Numbered from the stretch's first letter, positions 11,048 through 26,165 are shown. The stretch: DNA of 64,000 nucleotides from Antedon mediterranea (GCF_964355755.1 NC_092675.1:11527812-11591811), one strand, 5' to 3'. The notes: generated by a model not told the origin, from the letters alone. Made by a program: numbers and translations.

Positions 11048-14000
11048 GTAACATGTACATATACAAACTAGAATGGCACTACGAGAGTGCATACCTCCGC
11101 CTACTGTAAAATGTTCCTACATAATATTTCACTGCAAAAAAAAAAATATTTAGGTGATCATTAGTTATCCGCTTGGTAGAGCGGATAACTCCTTGTTATT
11201 GTATGAGATCAACATTTTTTTTCTGTATTATTAGTTATCCGCTTAGTAGCGGATGACTCCTTGTAATCGTCCTGTTACTTTTTTTTTTTTTTTTAGGTGA
11301 TCATTTAGAATAAAATGATCACCTATTGTTATTGTATGAAATCTTATTCTTAGTTATCCGCATTGAGCGGATAACTCCTTGTAACTGTCCTGGATCAATT
11401 TCTATGTTTTTTAGTTATCAGCATAGTAGCGGATAACTTCTTGTAATCGTCCTGTTACTTTTTTAGTTATCCGCTTAGTAGCGGATAACTCCTTGTAATC
11501 GTCCTGGATCTTTTTTTTTTTCTTTATTAGTTATCCGCACTTGGCGGATAACTCCTTGTTATTGTATGGGATCAATATTTTTTTCTGTATTATTCTTCTT
11601 TCTTTCTCGCTATTTTTGTGTAGAGCGTTTCTCTAAAATGTGTAAACTTAACATTTCATAACTTTGACAACATGTGGGCATTTACGTGAACTTGTGCACC
11701 TCCTATTTTTTAATGACGTCAGAGTTGTGCAACGTGACTTACGTGCGATTTTATGAATTTCGCGTATTTAACATAGATCGAAAACCATAAAAGATTTTAA
11801 AGATGTATTGTCCCTTTGAGTAATTCCCCCAAATTTTTTTTTTTTAATTTTGAAAAAAAGTGGTTCATTTTGAAGTATCATAATATAGTTATTAACTTTC
11901 ACCAAAAATTAGTGGAAAAAAAAAATAATTTAACCAAAATACAGATGTTTTTTTGTTCAAAAAATAACTTTGACTTCCAGTCAAAGTTTTCAATCAAAAC
12001 ATATCTCATAATGCAACGCACTTATTTGGCTACTCTGTATGCATAATCATAAAACTTCCTCGAGATCTGTGTGAAAACACCTTCTCAACCGTGACAAGTT
12101 GTAAACAATCCTAATTAGCATCATGCATAATGCATACTCATGGTTTAAAATCTTTGTTTACTTTCGCTTGCGACAATTTCCCAGATGAAATGTAATCTAA
12201 TTAACTTACCTGTTAATTACGTAAAATTGTTGTTTTTGGCTCGAATTTTACTTTGATATGGCCAATTTAAATTTAGAATATTTTTTTTTCATTTTTTGTG
12301 TTTCAAGGGACAATACATCTTTAAACTGAAACATTGCAAAAGTTTAATTTGTGTCATGCGCTAACTTCCTGTGAAAAAAAAATTGCGTGTTTTACACAAA
12401 GTTACACGTGCACGCGCGTTTAAAATTTTAAAATGCGCAAAATTAATTTCTATTCAATTTTCTACGAGTTTCATGTCATTTTAAGCATGTCAAAAATTTT
12501 TACGTGTGTGGTGCGCACGTAGCATTAAAAACATATTTTTTTCGCGTGATTTATATTTGTCCAGCCTTTTCTAGTAATTTTACCAACTTTTAAACAATTT
12601 CGACTTAAAGTTACGTCATACGAGCACGTCGAATTGGACAATTTGCGCGCATTTTTGATGAAAAAGTTAAAAAATTTGTCAAAATTATGCCTTTTTTTAA
12701 ACAGTCATAATTTCTAAACTACACGATCAACTTTTTGTGGATGACAAATTCTGGAAGTTGATGAGTTGTAGATATCGGATCATGTATTTTTATGGCTAAC
12801 CGGACATTGTGACGTCATCGTATGGCCACGTGAATATAAAATTTTGGATTTTTGTATCTTTCGTCATAGCTCATCACATTTAGTAGAACGCATCGCCACT
12901 TATCAGTTTTCCATTTTCACGCCGATTTTGATATTGTCTAGGTAAATCAACTATCTTTCGCACAAGTTAAAAATATTTAAATTTTTATGAGGTCATCATG
13001 CCTAAAAATTTTAATTACGTGGGTCATTAATTTCATCTTTACAGTAAATTTTTATCTGTTGTAGCTCGCGTAAGAATAAAATGTGATAATCATGATTAAA
13101 ACATTTTCTGGAAGCTATTGGATTGTAGATACGAAATCCTGTGAACATTTTGCCAATCGCATGTTGTGACGTCATCATATGGCCAGTTAAATAAAAAATG
13201 TCGTATTTTCATATTTTGCGTCATCATTCATTACATTTAAAAGAACGCGCATCAATATTTCACGTATTCAAATTTCTTCTACACGTTAATATGTTGTTAC
13301 TGAGATAATTTCCTCCCGAAATTGCTATCTTAGTGTTTCATTTTGATACCGTAACCATGTTAAAAATTTGAATAAATTGCGGGTTCCGTAATTTCACCTA
13401 TTCTACACTGTATGTAATATGTATACAGATTATACTGTTTGCATGTATATACTATATGACACAAAATAGACTGAATTCAGCACTAAAAACGTATGATATT
13501 CTTCAGTTCAGGTCATATTGCCATAATCTTTATCTGTGTGCAATATTCCAACGTATGACGTGCACGTGGCGTTTGTCGTGCGGATAACTAACTCGTCAAA
13601 GTGACGAGTTTCATGTCTAGTTAGTTATCCGCATTGAGCGGATAACTCCTTGTAACTGTCCTGTTTCATCATCTTTTTAGTTATCCGCTTAGTAGCGGAT
13701 AACTCCTTGTGATTGTATTGGATCAATATTTTTCTTTTTGGTTATCCGCAACTTAGTTGCGGATAACCTATGTGATTGTAAATATCTTTTTTTTTCTTCT
13801 TCTTTGTTATTCTTCTTTCTTTCCCAGATTTTTGTCTACAGCATATCCCCTATTGCTTGTCAACATAACTTTGTATAACTTGGTAAAAAGATTGACATTG
13901 AAGTGTAGATGTGCAGCCAAGCTTTTTGACGATGTCAAAGTCGCGTTGCGTAAGATACGCGCGATTTTATGAATTTCTATAACGGATCATAACTTTAGAA

Positions 14001-17000
14001 CCAACAAATATTGTTTCATGAAACTTAATAAAATTATAATTCATATCATGGGTCAATTTTCTATGGATTAAAAATGACATGTTTCACAAGAAGTTACGCG
14101 CGCATGCGCATTTAAAAATTAAAAATGCGCAAAATTAATTTCTAATCAACTTTCTACGCTGATCATGACATTTTTCAAAAATTCCCACGCGCGCGAAAAA
14201 AATTACGCGTAAGGTGCGCACGGAGCATGAAAATCATGTGTTTTTCTCTTGAATTATAATTTTACAGTCTTTCCTAGTTATTTTAAAAAAGATTGACATC
14301 ATTTCAAATTAAAATGACGTCATACGAACACGTTGATTTACACCATTTGCGTGCGTTTTAGTTGCAAAAGTGACAACATATTGTCAAAATTAAGCCTATT
14401 TTTAATCTATTATAGCTCCTCAGGATCATCCACGACCCCCAATTTTTTTAATTTAATATATAAGCAGATATGTTGTAGATATGAATTCATGCCGAACCTT
14501 TACCACTCGAATGTTATGATGTCATCAATGGCCACACGAATGTAAAATATAGGATTTTTTACTCTTTCGTTATTGCTCATCACATTCAACAAACCGCAAA
14601 TAAATCGCTTATACGTATTCCATTTCCCCCGAAATTGTAATATTGTCTACGTTAATCAACTATCTTTCGCATGAATTAAAAATATTTTCATTTTTATGAC
14701 GTCATCATGTCTAAAAACGTAAATAACTTGGGTCACTTATTTTCATCTTTACAGTAAATATCAATCTGTTATAGCTCGTCAGATTAAAAAGTGATAATCA
14801 TGATTAAAACGTTTTCTGGAAGCTGTTGGATTGTAGATATGAATTGATGTGAATATTTTGCCAATCAGATGTGTGACGTCATCATATGGCAAGTTGAATT
14901 AAAAAAGTCATATTTTCATCTCTTGCGTCAAAGTTCATTGCGTTTAAACGAGAGCGCATCTCACTTTTACGTTCCCAAAATTCTTCAAATTTGTTTTAAT
15001 GTAATTATTTAGATAATTATCTTCTAAAGTGGTTATCTTTATATGTCAATTTGATGATGTCATCGTGTTAATAATTGGATTTAAAAGATGGGTCTCGTAA
15101 TTCCGTCTATGCTACACTGTATATAACATATATACAGTTTATTCTGTAAAATATTGTAGTATGGTGTATGCTACATAATACGTACAATTCAGCACTGTAA
15201 ACATTTTTATTTCATGTCAAAAGATGGCATAATAATTGTCGAGGTTCATATAGTTTAAAGTACGTGCATCTTGCGTATGCGCGGATAACCCGAACTCGTC
15301 AAAGTGACGAGTTCAAATGTAGTTCTGTATTATTCTTCTTTCTTTCCCGTTTTTTTGTGGCTCACGTATCTCTAAAATGTGTAAACATAATATTTTATAA
15401 CTTTGACAACATGTGGTAATTTACGTGAAGTTGTGCGCCTCCTATTTTGAATGACGTCAGATTTGCGCAACGTGACTTACGCGCGATTTTATGTTTTTTA
15501 ATGATTGATTATAGCTTAAAAATCGAGCGTAATTTTTTTTTTACCCTTCATGAAAATTTAAGTCATATCAAGGGCAAACTTTTAGTTAACTAAAAATGGC
15601 GTGTTTTACAAGAAGTTACGCGCGCACGCGCATTAAAAATTTCAAAATACGCTAAATTAATTTCTAATCAACTTTCTACGCTGATCTTGACATTTTGAGC
15701 ATGTCAAAAATTCCCACGCGCCCGCAAATTCCGCGCATGTAGCGTTAAAAACATATTTTCTTAGCTTGATTTATGTTTTTCTAGCCTTTTTTAGTAGTTT
15801 TACCAACTTTTAAACCATTTTGACTTAAAATCATGTCATACGAGCACGTCGAACTGAACAATTTGCGCTCGTTTTTGATGAAAAAGTTCAAAAATTCGCC
15901 AAAATTATGCCTTTTTTTAAACAGTCGTAATTTCTAAACTGCACGGTCAACTTTTTGTGGATGACATTTTCTGGAAGTTGATGAGTTGTAGATATCGAAT
16001 AATGTATGAATATGGCTAACCGGATATTGTGACGTCATTGTATGGCCACGCGAATATAAAATTTAAGATTTTTTTGTCTTTCGTAATAGGTCATAACATT
16101 TAATAGAGCGCATCTCCACTTATCCCTTTTCCATTTTCACCCCGATTTTGATATTGTTTTGGTCAATCAACTATCTTTCGCATGAGTTAAAAATATTTTA
16201 ATTTTTTTGACGTCATCATGCCTAAGATTTTAAATTACGTGTGGCATTAATTTCATCTTTACAGTAAATTTTAATCTGTTATAGCTCGTAAGAATAAAAT
16301 GTGATAATCATGATTAAAACGTTTTCTGGAAGCTATTGGATTGTAGATACGAAATCATGTAAAAATTTTGCCAATCGGATTTCTAAACTGCACCGTCAAC
16401 TTTTTGTGGATAACATTCTGGAAGTTGATTAGTTGTATATATCGGATCATGTATTAATATGGCTAACCGGACATTATGACGTCATCGTATGGCCACGTAA
16501 ATATAAAATAAAGGATTTTTGTATCTTTCGTTATAGGTCATCACATTTAATAGAGCGCATCTCAACTAAGCCGTTTTCCATTTTCACCCGGATTTTTATA
16601 TTGTCTAGGTCAATCAACTATCTTTCGCATGAGTTAAAAATATTTTAATTTTTATGACGTCATCATGCCTAAAAATTTAAATTACGTGTGGCATTAATTT
16701 CATCTTTACAGTAAATTTTAATCTGTTATAGCTCGTAAGAATAAAATGTGATAATCACGATTAAAACGTTTTCTAGTAGCTATTGGATTGTAGATAGGTA
16801 ATCATGTGAAAATTTTGCCAATCGGATGTTGTGATGTCATCATATGACTAGTTAAATAAAAAAAGTCGTATTTTCATCTTTTGCGTCATAATTTATTACA
16901 TTTAAAAGAGCGCGCATCAATATTTTACGTATTTAAATTTCTTCTACACATTAATATGTTGTTGCCGAGATAATTTCCTTCCGAAATTGCTATCTTAGTG

Positions 17001-20000
17001 TTTCATTTTGATACCGTCGCCATGTTAAAAATTGGAATAAATGGCGGGTCCAGTCATTTCACCTATTCTCCACTGTATGTAATATATGTATACAGATTAT
17101 ATTGTATACTATATGACAAAAAATAACAGAATTCAGCAATAACAACATATCATATTCTTCAGTTCAGGTCATATTGCCATAATCTTTTTCTGTGTGCAAT
17201 ATTCTAACGTATGATGTGCACGTGGCCTTTGTCGTGCGGATAACTAACTCGTCAAAGTGACGAGTTACATGTCTAGTTGTATTTTTTTTCTTTTTGGTTA
17301 TCCGCAACTTAGTTGCAGGATAACCCTTGTGATTGTAAATATCTTTTTCATCTTCTTTGTTATTCTTCTTTCTTTCCCGGATTTTTGTCTACAGCATATC
17401 CCCTATTGCTTGTGACTATATCATATATATAACTTTGTCATCATATGGACATTTACCTGAAGTTGTGCACCTCCATATTTTGAATGACGTCAGAGTTGCG
17501 CAACATGACTTATGCGCGATTGTATGAATTTCAATGATTGATCACAGGATAAAAAATAAAAGTCATTTTGTATTGACACTTGGTGAAAATTTAAGTCATA
17601 TCAAGGGCAAACTTTCTATGGATTAAAAATGGCATGTTTCACAAGAAGTTACGCGCGCACGCGCATTTAAAATTTCAAAATGCGCAAAATTAATTTCTAA
17701 TCAACTTTCTACGCTGATCATGACATTTTGAGCATGTCAAAAATTCCCACGCGCGCAAAAAAAATTACGCGTAAGGTGCGCACGGAGCATGAAAATCATG
17801 TGTTTTTCTCTTGAATTATAATTTTACAGTCTTTCCTAGTCATTTTAAAAAAGATTGACATCATTTCAAATTAAAATGATGTCATACGAACACGTTGATT
17901 TAGACCATTTGCGCGCATTTTAGTTGCAAAAGTGACAAAATATTGTCAAAATTATGCTTATTTTTAATCTATTATAGCTCTTCAGGATCGAAGGTGACCC
18001 CCAATTTTTTTTACTTATTATGTAAGAAGATAAATTGTAGATATGAATTCATGCAGAATTTTTACCTCTCGGATGTTATGACGTCATCGTATGGCCACAC
18101 GAATGTAAAATATAGGATTTTTGTCTCTTTTGTTATTGCTCATCACATTCAACAGAGTGCATCTCGCTTATACGTATTCAATTTCCTCCGAGATTTTATT
18201 ATTGTCTCTGTCAATAAACTATCTTTCGCATGAGTTAAAAATATTTTTATTTTTATGACGTCATCATGTCTAAAAATGTAAATAACGTGGGTCACTTCTT
18301 TTCATCTTTACAGTAAACTTCAATCTGTTATAACTCGTCAGAATAAAAAGTGACGCGCATGATTAAAACTTATTATAGAAGTTGTTGAATTGTAGATATG
18401 AATTAATATACAAATTTTGTCTATCTGATGTCCTGACGTTATCATATGGCCAGTTGAATTCAAAAAGTCATATTTTCATTTCTTGCGTAAAAGTTCATTG
18501 CGTTTAAACGAGAGCGCATGTCACTTTTACGTGCCCAAAATTCTTCAAATTTGTATTAATGTAATTATTTAGATAATTATCTTCTAAAATAGTTATCTTT
18601 ATGTCAATTTGATGACGTCATCGTGTTAATAATTGGATTTAAAAGATGGGTTTCGTAATTTCGTCTATGCTACACTGTATATAACATATACTACAGTGTA
18701 TTCTGTAAATACTGTAATATGTTGTATGCTACAAAATAGGTACAATTCAGCACTGTAAACGTATTTAAATCATGTAATAGGAAGGCATAATAATTGTCGG
18801 CGTTCATATATTTTAAACGTATGTGCATGTTGCGTTTGTACGGATAACCCGAACTCGTCAAAGTGACGAGTTCAAATCTAGTTCTGTATTATTCTTCTGT
18901 CTTTCTTCCTTTTTTTGTGAGCCCTGTTTCTCTAAAATGTGTGAACAGAACATATCATAACTTTGTCAACATATAGATATTTACGTGAAGTTGTGCACCT
19001 CCTATTTTTGAAAAACTTCAGAGTTGCGCAACGTGACTTGCGCGCAATTTTATGAATTTAAATGATTGATCATAGATTAAAAACCGAAAGTCATTTTGTA
19101 TTGAGACTTGGTGAAAATTTAATTCATATCAAGAGTCAACTTTCTGTGGATTAAAAATGGCATGTTTCACACAAAGTTACGCGCGCACGCGCATTTAAAA
19201 TTTTAAAATGCGAAAAATCAATTTCTAATCAACTTTCTACGCATTTCTTGTCATTTTGAGCATGTCAAAAATTCCCACACGTGCGCAAATTTTTACGCGC
19301 GAGGGGCGCACGTAGCTTTAAAAACATACTTTTTTTGCGTGATTTATGTTTTTCCAGCCTTTTCTAGTAATTTTACCAACTTTTAAACAATTTCGACTTA
19401 AAATTACGTCATTACGAGCACGTCGAATTGAATAATTTGCGCGCGTATTTGATCAAAAAGCTAAAAAAATCGTCAAAATTATGCCTTTTTTTAAACAGTC
19501 GTAGTTTCTAAACTAAACGGTGAAAGTTATTTTTATTACATATTCTGGAAGTTGATGAGTTGTAGATATCAAATCATACATTAATATGGCTAACAGGACA
19601 TTTTGACGTCATCGTATGGCCACGCGAATATAAAATATAGGATTTTTGTCTCTTTCGTTATTGCTCATCACATTCAATGGAGCGCATCACGCTTATCCGT
19701 ATTCCATTTTCTCCGAGATTTTAATATTGTCTAGATCAATCAACTACCTTTCGCATGAGTTAAAAATATTTTAATATTTGTAACGTCATCATGCCTAAAA
19801 ATTATAATTAACAGGGTTATATCATTTCATCTTTACAGTAAATTTTAATCTGTTATAGCTCGTAAGAATAAAAAGTGATAATTATGATTAAAACGTTTTC
19901 TGGAAGCTATTGGACTGTAGATACGAATTAATGTGAACATTTTGCCAATCGGATGTTGTGAAGTCATCCTATGGCCAGTTGAATAAAAAAAGTCGTATTT

Positions 20001-23000
20001 TCATATTTTGCATCATGGTTCATCATATTTAAACGAGCACGCATCCATATTCTGCGTATTCAAATTTCTTCTACACGTTAATATGTTGTTGCTGAGATAA
20101 TTTCATTCTGAAATTTCTACTTTTGCATTTCATTTTGAAACCGTCAAGATGTTAAAAATTACAATAAAAAACGGGTCCCGTAATTTCACCTATTTTACAC
20201 TGTTTGTGATATGTATACAGATTGTACTGTGTATACTATGTATATGGCACAAAATAACAGAATTCAGAAATAACAACATATCATATTCTTCAGTTCAGGT
20301 CATAATGCCTTAATATTTTTCTGTGTGCAATATTCTAACGTATGACGTGCACGTGGCGTTTGTCGAGCGGATAACTAACTCGTCAAAGTGACGAGTTTCA
20401 TGTCTAGTTCTTCTTTCTTTCTCCTCCATTTTTGTGTCTCACGTATCTCAAAAACTTGTAAATATAACATTTTATAACTTTGTCAACATATGGGCATTCA
20501 CGTGAAGTTGTGCACCTACTATTGTGAATGACGTCAGAAATGCGTAACGTGACTTGCGCGTGATTTTATGAATTTCCCGTATTCAACATAGATTGAAAAC
20601 CATATAACAATTTAAGTTGAAACTTAGCAAAAGTTTAATTTATATCTTGCGCTAACATTTTGTGCACTAAAAATGGCATGTTTTAAACGAAGTTACGTGC
20701 GCACGCGCATTTGAAATTTAAAATGCGCAAAATTAATTTCTAATCAACTTTCTACGCTGATCATGACATTTTGAGCATGTCAAAAATTCCCACGCGCGCA
20801 AACAATTTTACGCGCGTGGTCCGCACGTAGTGCAAAAAAACATCTTTTTTTGCGTGAATTATGTCTTTCCAGCCTTTTATAGTAATTTTATCAAATTTTA
20901 AAACAATTTAGACTTAAAATTACGTCATACGAACACGTCGAATTATACAATTTGTGAGTGTTTTTAATGAAAAAATTCAAAAATTCATCAAAATTATGCC
21001 TTTTTTTAAACAATCATAGATTCTAAACTACGAGGTAAACTTTTTTTTACTTACATATTCTGGAAGGTGATGAGTTGTAGATATCGGATCATTAATCAAT
21101 ATGGCTAACGGGACATTGTGACATCATCGTATGGCCACACGAATGTAAAATATATGATTTTTGTCTCTTTCGTTTATTGCTCATCACATTAAATGGAGCG
21201 CATCATGCTTATCTGTATTCCTTTTTCTCCGAGATTTTAATATTGTCTAGGTCAATCAACTATCTTATGCATGTGTTAAAAATATTTAATTTTTATGACA
21301 TCATCATGCCTAAAAATTTAAATTACGTGTATACAGATTATACTGTGTACTTTAAAATGTATATACTATATGACACAAAATAGACAGGATTTAGCACTAA
21401 CAACATATCATATTCTTCAGTTCAGGTCATAATGCCATAATCTTTTTTTGTGTACAACATTCCAACGTATGACGTGCACGTGGCGTTTGTCGAGCGGATA
21501 ACTAACTCGTCAAAGTGACGAGTTTCATGTCTAGTATTATTCTTCTTTCTTTCTCCTCCATTTTTGTGTCTCGCTTATCTCAAAAACTTGTAAACATAAC
21601 ATTTCATAACTTTGTCAACATATGGACATTTACGTGAAGTTGTGCACCTCCTATTTTTGAATGACGTCAGAGTTGCGCAACGTGACTTACATGCGATTTT
21701 ATGATTTTTTATGATTGATCATAGGCTAAAAACCAAGCATAATTTTATTTTGACACTTTCTGAAAATTTAAGTCATATCAAGGGCAAACTTTTTGTGGAC
21801 TAAAAATGCCATGTTTTACAAGACGTTACGCGTGCACGCGCATTTCTCCTCTATTTTTGTGTCTCGCTTATATAAAAAATGTGTAAACATAACATTTCAT
21901 AACTTTGTCAACATATGGGCATTCACGTGAAGTTGTGCACCTACTATTGTGACTGACGTCAGAAATGCGTAACGTGACTTACGCGTGATTTTATGAATTT
22001 CCCGTATTCAACATAGATTGAAAACCATATAACTATGTAAGTTGAAACTTAGCAAAAGTTTAATTTATATCTTGCGCTAACTTTTTGTGCACTAAAAATG
22101 GCATTTTTTAAACGAAGTTACGCGCACACGCACATTTAAAATTTAAAATGCGCAAAATTAATTTCTATTCAACTTTCTACGCTGATCATGACATTTTGAG
22201 CATGTCAAAAATTCCCACGCGCGCGAACAATTTTACGCACATGGTCCGCACGTAGCGCTAAAAACATCTTTTTTTGCGTGAATTATGTCTTTCCAGCCTT
22301 TTATAGTAATTTTATCAAATTTTAAAACAATTTAGACTTAAAATTACGTCATACAAGCACGTCGAATTATACAATTTGTGCGTGTTTTTAATGAAAAAAA
22401 TCAAAAATCCGTCAAAATTATGCCTTTTTTTAAACAATCATAGATTCTAAACTACGAGGTAAACTTTTTTTTACTTACATATTCTGGAAGGTGATGAGTT
22501 GTAGATATCGGATCATTAATCAATATGGCTAACCGGACATTGTGACATCATCGTATGGCCACACGAATGTAAAATATATGATTTTTGTCTCTTTCGTTTA
22601 TTGCTCATCACATTAAATGGAGCGCATCACGCTTATCTGTATTCCTTTTTCTCCGAGATTTTAATATTGTCTAGGTCAATCAACTATCTTATGCATGTGT
22701 TAAAAATATTTAATTTTTATGACATCATCATGCCTAAAAATTTAAATTACGTGTATACAGATTATACTGTGTACTTTAAAATGTAAATACTATATGACAC
22801 AAAATAGACAGAATTTAGCACTAACAACATATTCTTCAGTTCAGGTCATAATGCCATAATCTTTTTCTGTGTGCAACATTCCAACGTATGACGTGCACGT
22901 GGCGTTTGTCGAGCGGATAACTAACTCGTCAAAGTGACGAGTTTCATGTCTAGTCTTCTTTCTTTCCTTCACTTTTTTGTGGCTCCTTTATCTCTAAAAT

Positions 23001-24181
23001 GTGTTAACATAACATTTCATAACTTTGTCAACATATGAACATTTATATGAAGTTGTGCAGCATGTATTTTTTAAATACGTCAGAGTTGCGCAACATGACT
23101 TACGTGCGATTTTATGAATTTCAATGATTGATCATAGATTAAAAACCAAGCCTAATTATTTTTTTACACTTTGTGAAAATTTAAGTCATATCAAGGGCAA
23201 ACTTTTTGTGGATTAAAAATGGCATGTTTTACAAAAAGTTACGCGCGCACGCGCATTTAAAATTTCAAAATGCGCAAAATTAATTTCTAATCAACTTTGT
23301 ACGCGTTTCATGTCATTTTGAGCATTTCAAAAATTCCCACGCATGCGTGAAATACGTCAATGTTTTGCGTAAATCATATTTTTCCAGCCTTTTATAGTAA
23401 TTTTACCAAATATGGAACCATTTCGACTTAAAATTACGTCATACGAGCACGTCGAATTGAACAATTTGCGCGTGTTTTTGATGAAAAGGTTAAAAAATTC
23501 GTCAAAATCAAGCCCTTTTTTAAACAGTCGTCGTTTCTAAACTAAACGGTGAAAGTTATTTTTATTACATATTCTGGAAGTTGATGAGTTGTAGATATCG
23601 GATCATGCTTTAATATGGCTAACCGGACATTGTGACGTCATCGTATGGCCACGCGAATATTAAATATAAGATTTTTGTATCTTTCGTCATAGCTCATCAC
23701 ATTTAATAAAGCGCATCTTCACTTATCCGTTTTCCATTTTCACCCCGATTTTTATATTATCTAGGTCAATCAGCATGAGTTAAAAATATTTTAATTTTTT
23801 TGACGTCATCATGCCTAAAAATTTAAATTACGTGTGGCATTAATTTCATCTTTACAGTAAATTTCAATCTGTTATAGCTCGTAAAAATAAAATGTGATAA
23901 TCACGATTAAAACGTTTTCTGAAAGCTATTGGATTGTAGATACGAAATCATGTGAAAATGTTGCCAATCGGTTGTTGTGACGTCATCATATGGCCAGTTA
24001 AATAAAAAAAAGTCGTATTTTCATCTTTTACGTCATAATGCATTACATTTAAAAGAGCGCGCATCAATATTTCACGTATTCAAATTTCTTCTACTCGTTA
24101 ATATATTGTTGCTGAGATAATTTCCTTCCGAAATTGCTACCTGTGCGTTTCATTTTAAAACCGTCAACATGTTAAAAATTG

Positions 24182-24547
24182 TTGGAAGAATTTCATCTGG
24201 CTGTGGAATAGGTATTACATAAAATTTCTTTTTGAACAACCAAAGATAGTATAAGCGAACTTACAGTACGTTTCGAAACCTGTCAGGTTTCATTCTCAAC
24301 TGGCGTTTCATCGTCTAGCGTTGTTAATCCCATGACGACGATGAGTTGGTATAGCGCCACCAATAGGTCCAAAAGGACGTGCCCCCTAGAGATGAAGGAG
24401 CCCACGAATTGTCACACATTTATGATCAACTATTGGAGAAGGGGGCACGATGAAACGCCAGTTGAGAATTAAACCTGATAGGTTTCGAAACGTACTGTAA
24501 GTTCGCTTATACTATCTTTGGTTGTTCAAAAAGAAATTTTATGTAAT
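24182..24547. mobile_element. Penelope-like retroelement remnant with inverted pseudo-LTRs
   Basis: About 90-bp near-perfect inverted repeat (24223-24314 vs 24447-24548); peptide RDEGAHELSHIYDQLL resembling the GIY-YIG C-terminus; flanking 13-bp duplication ATGTTAAAAATTG (24169-24181, 24548-24560). Confidence 0.7.
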
Positions 24548-26165
24548 ATGTTAAAAATTGCAATAAATAGCGGGGTCCCGTAATTTCAGCTATTCTACAC
24601 TGTATGTGATATGGATACAGATTATACTGTGTATGCTATATTATATGAATCAAAATAATAGAAATTCAGCAATAACAACATATCATATTCTTCAGTTCAG
24701 GTCATAATGCCATAATCTTTTTCTGTGTGCAATATTCCAACATATGACGTGCACGTGGCGTTTGTCGTGCGGATAACTAACTCGTCAAAGTGACGAGTTG
24801 CATGTCTAGTTTGTTACTTTCTGTACAGATTTTGTGTGTCAATTATCTCAAAAAGTTGAATGGCAATGATCACAAGAATTTCACAATGTCTTTCTAATAC
24901 TTTAACTTAGTCCAAAAAAGCTTTTCAGCGCGATCACTCATCCGTGACGTCATTTATACGCCATTTTGTGAAATCGCATTATCAATCATATCTCCATGAT
25001 TCATTATCACATATTAATGAAATTCCCTACACGTAAACTTCAGGTCAAGGGTAAAAATATTAGCAAATAAAAACGCACGCGTACATAGGTTCATGCACGT
25101 AAAATCACGCGTTAAAAGTTTAAAATGTGAAAAATTTATTTCTAATCAATTTTCTATGCATTTCATGTCATTTTAAGCATGTCAAAAATTCCCAAGCGCG
25201 CATTTTTTTTCGCGCGCGGCACGCATGTAGCGTTAAAAACATTTTTTCAGCCCTTTTCTTGTAATTTTACCAACTTTTAAACAATTTCGACTTTAAATCA
25301 CGTCATGCGAGCACATCGAATTTGAGAATTTGCGTGTGTTTTTTATGAAAAAGTTAAAAAATTCGTCAAAATTATGCCTTTTTTTAAACATTCATATTTT
25401 CTAAACTAAACGGTGAAAGTTATTTTTATTACATATTCTGGAAGATGATGAGTTGTAGATATCGGATCATTCATCAATATGGCTAACCGGACATTGTGAC
25501 GTCATTGTATGGCCACTCGAATATAAAATATTGGATTTATGTCTCTTTCGTCATAGCTTATCGCATTTAATAGAGCGCATATCCACTTATGCGTTTTCCA
25601 TTTTGCACCTGATTTTGATATTGTCTAGGTCAATCAATTATCTTTCGAATGATTTACCATTTTAAAAATTTTTATGACATCATCATGTTCAAAAGCGTGA
25701 ATTCCTTGGGTCATTTATTTTCATCATTACAGTAAATTTCAATATGTTATAGCTCCTTAGAATAAAAAGAGATACTCATGATTAAAACGTTTTCTGGAAG
25801 CTGTTGAATTGTAGATACGAATTCATGTAAAAAGTTTGCGCATCGGATGTTGTGACGTCATCATATGGCCAGTTGAATTATAAAAGTCGTATTTTCATAT
25901 TTTGCGTCATAGTTCATGACATTTAAAAGAGCGCGCATCCGTATTATGCGTATCCCAATTTCTTCAACACATTAATAAGTTGTTGCTCAAATAATTTCCT
26001 TCCAAAATTGCTATCTACGTATTTCATTTTGATGACGTCATCATTTTAAAATTTGGAATAAAGGAGGGTCCCGTTATTTTCACCTATTCTGCACTGTATT
26101 TTTAGTATGTATGCTACACTGATATAGATATACAGTATATACTGTACATATTGTATGGCATATAA

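Noticed and set aside
11150-11600. CRISPR-like look: palindromic repeats of about 30 bp separated by short variable sequences
   Set aside because: These are stacked transposon 5' ends. The spacers are homologous T-rich sequence, each head has a matching body downstream, there are no cas genes and the context is a eukaryotic intron.
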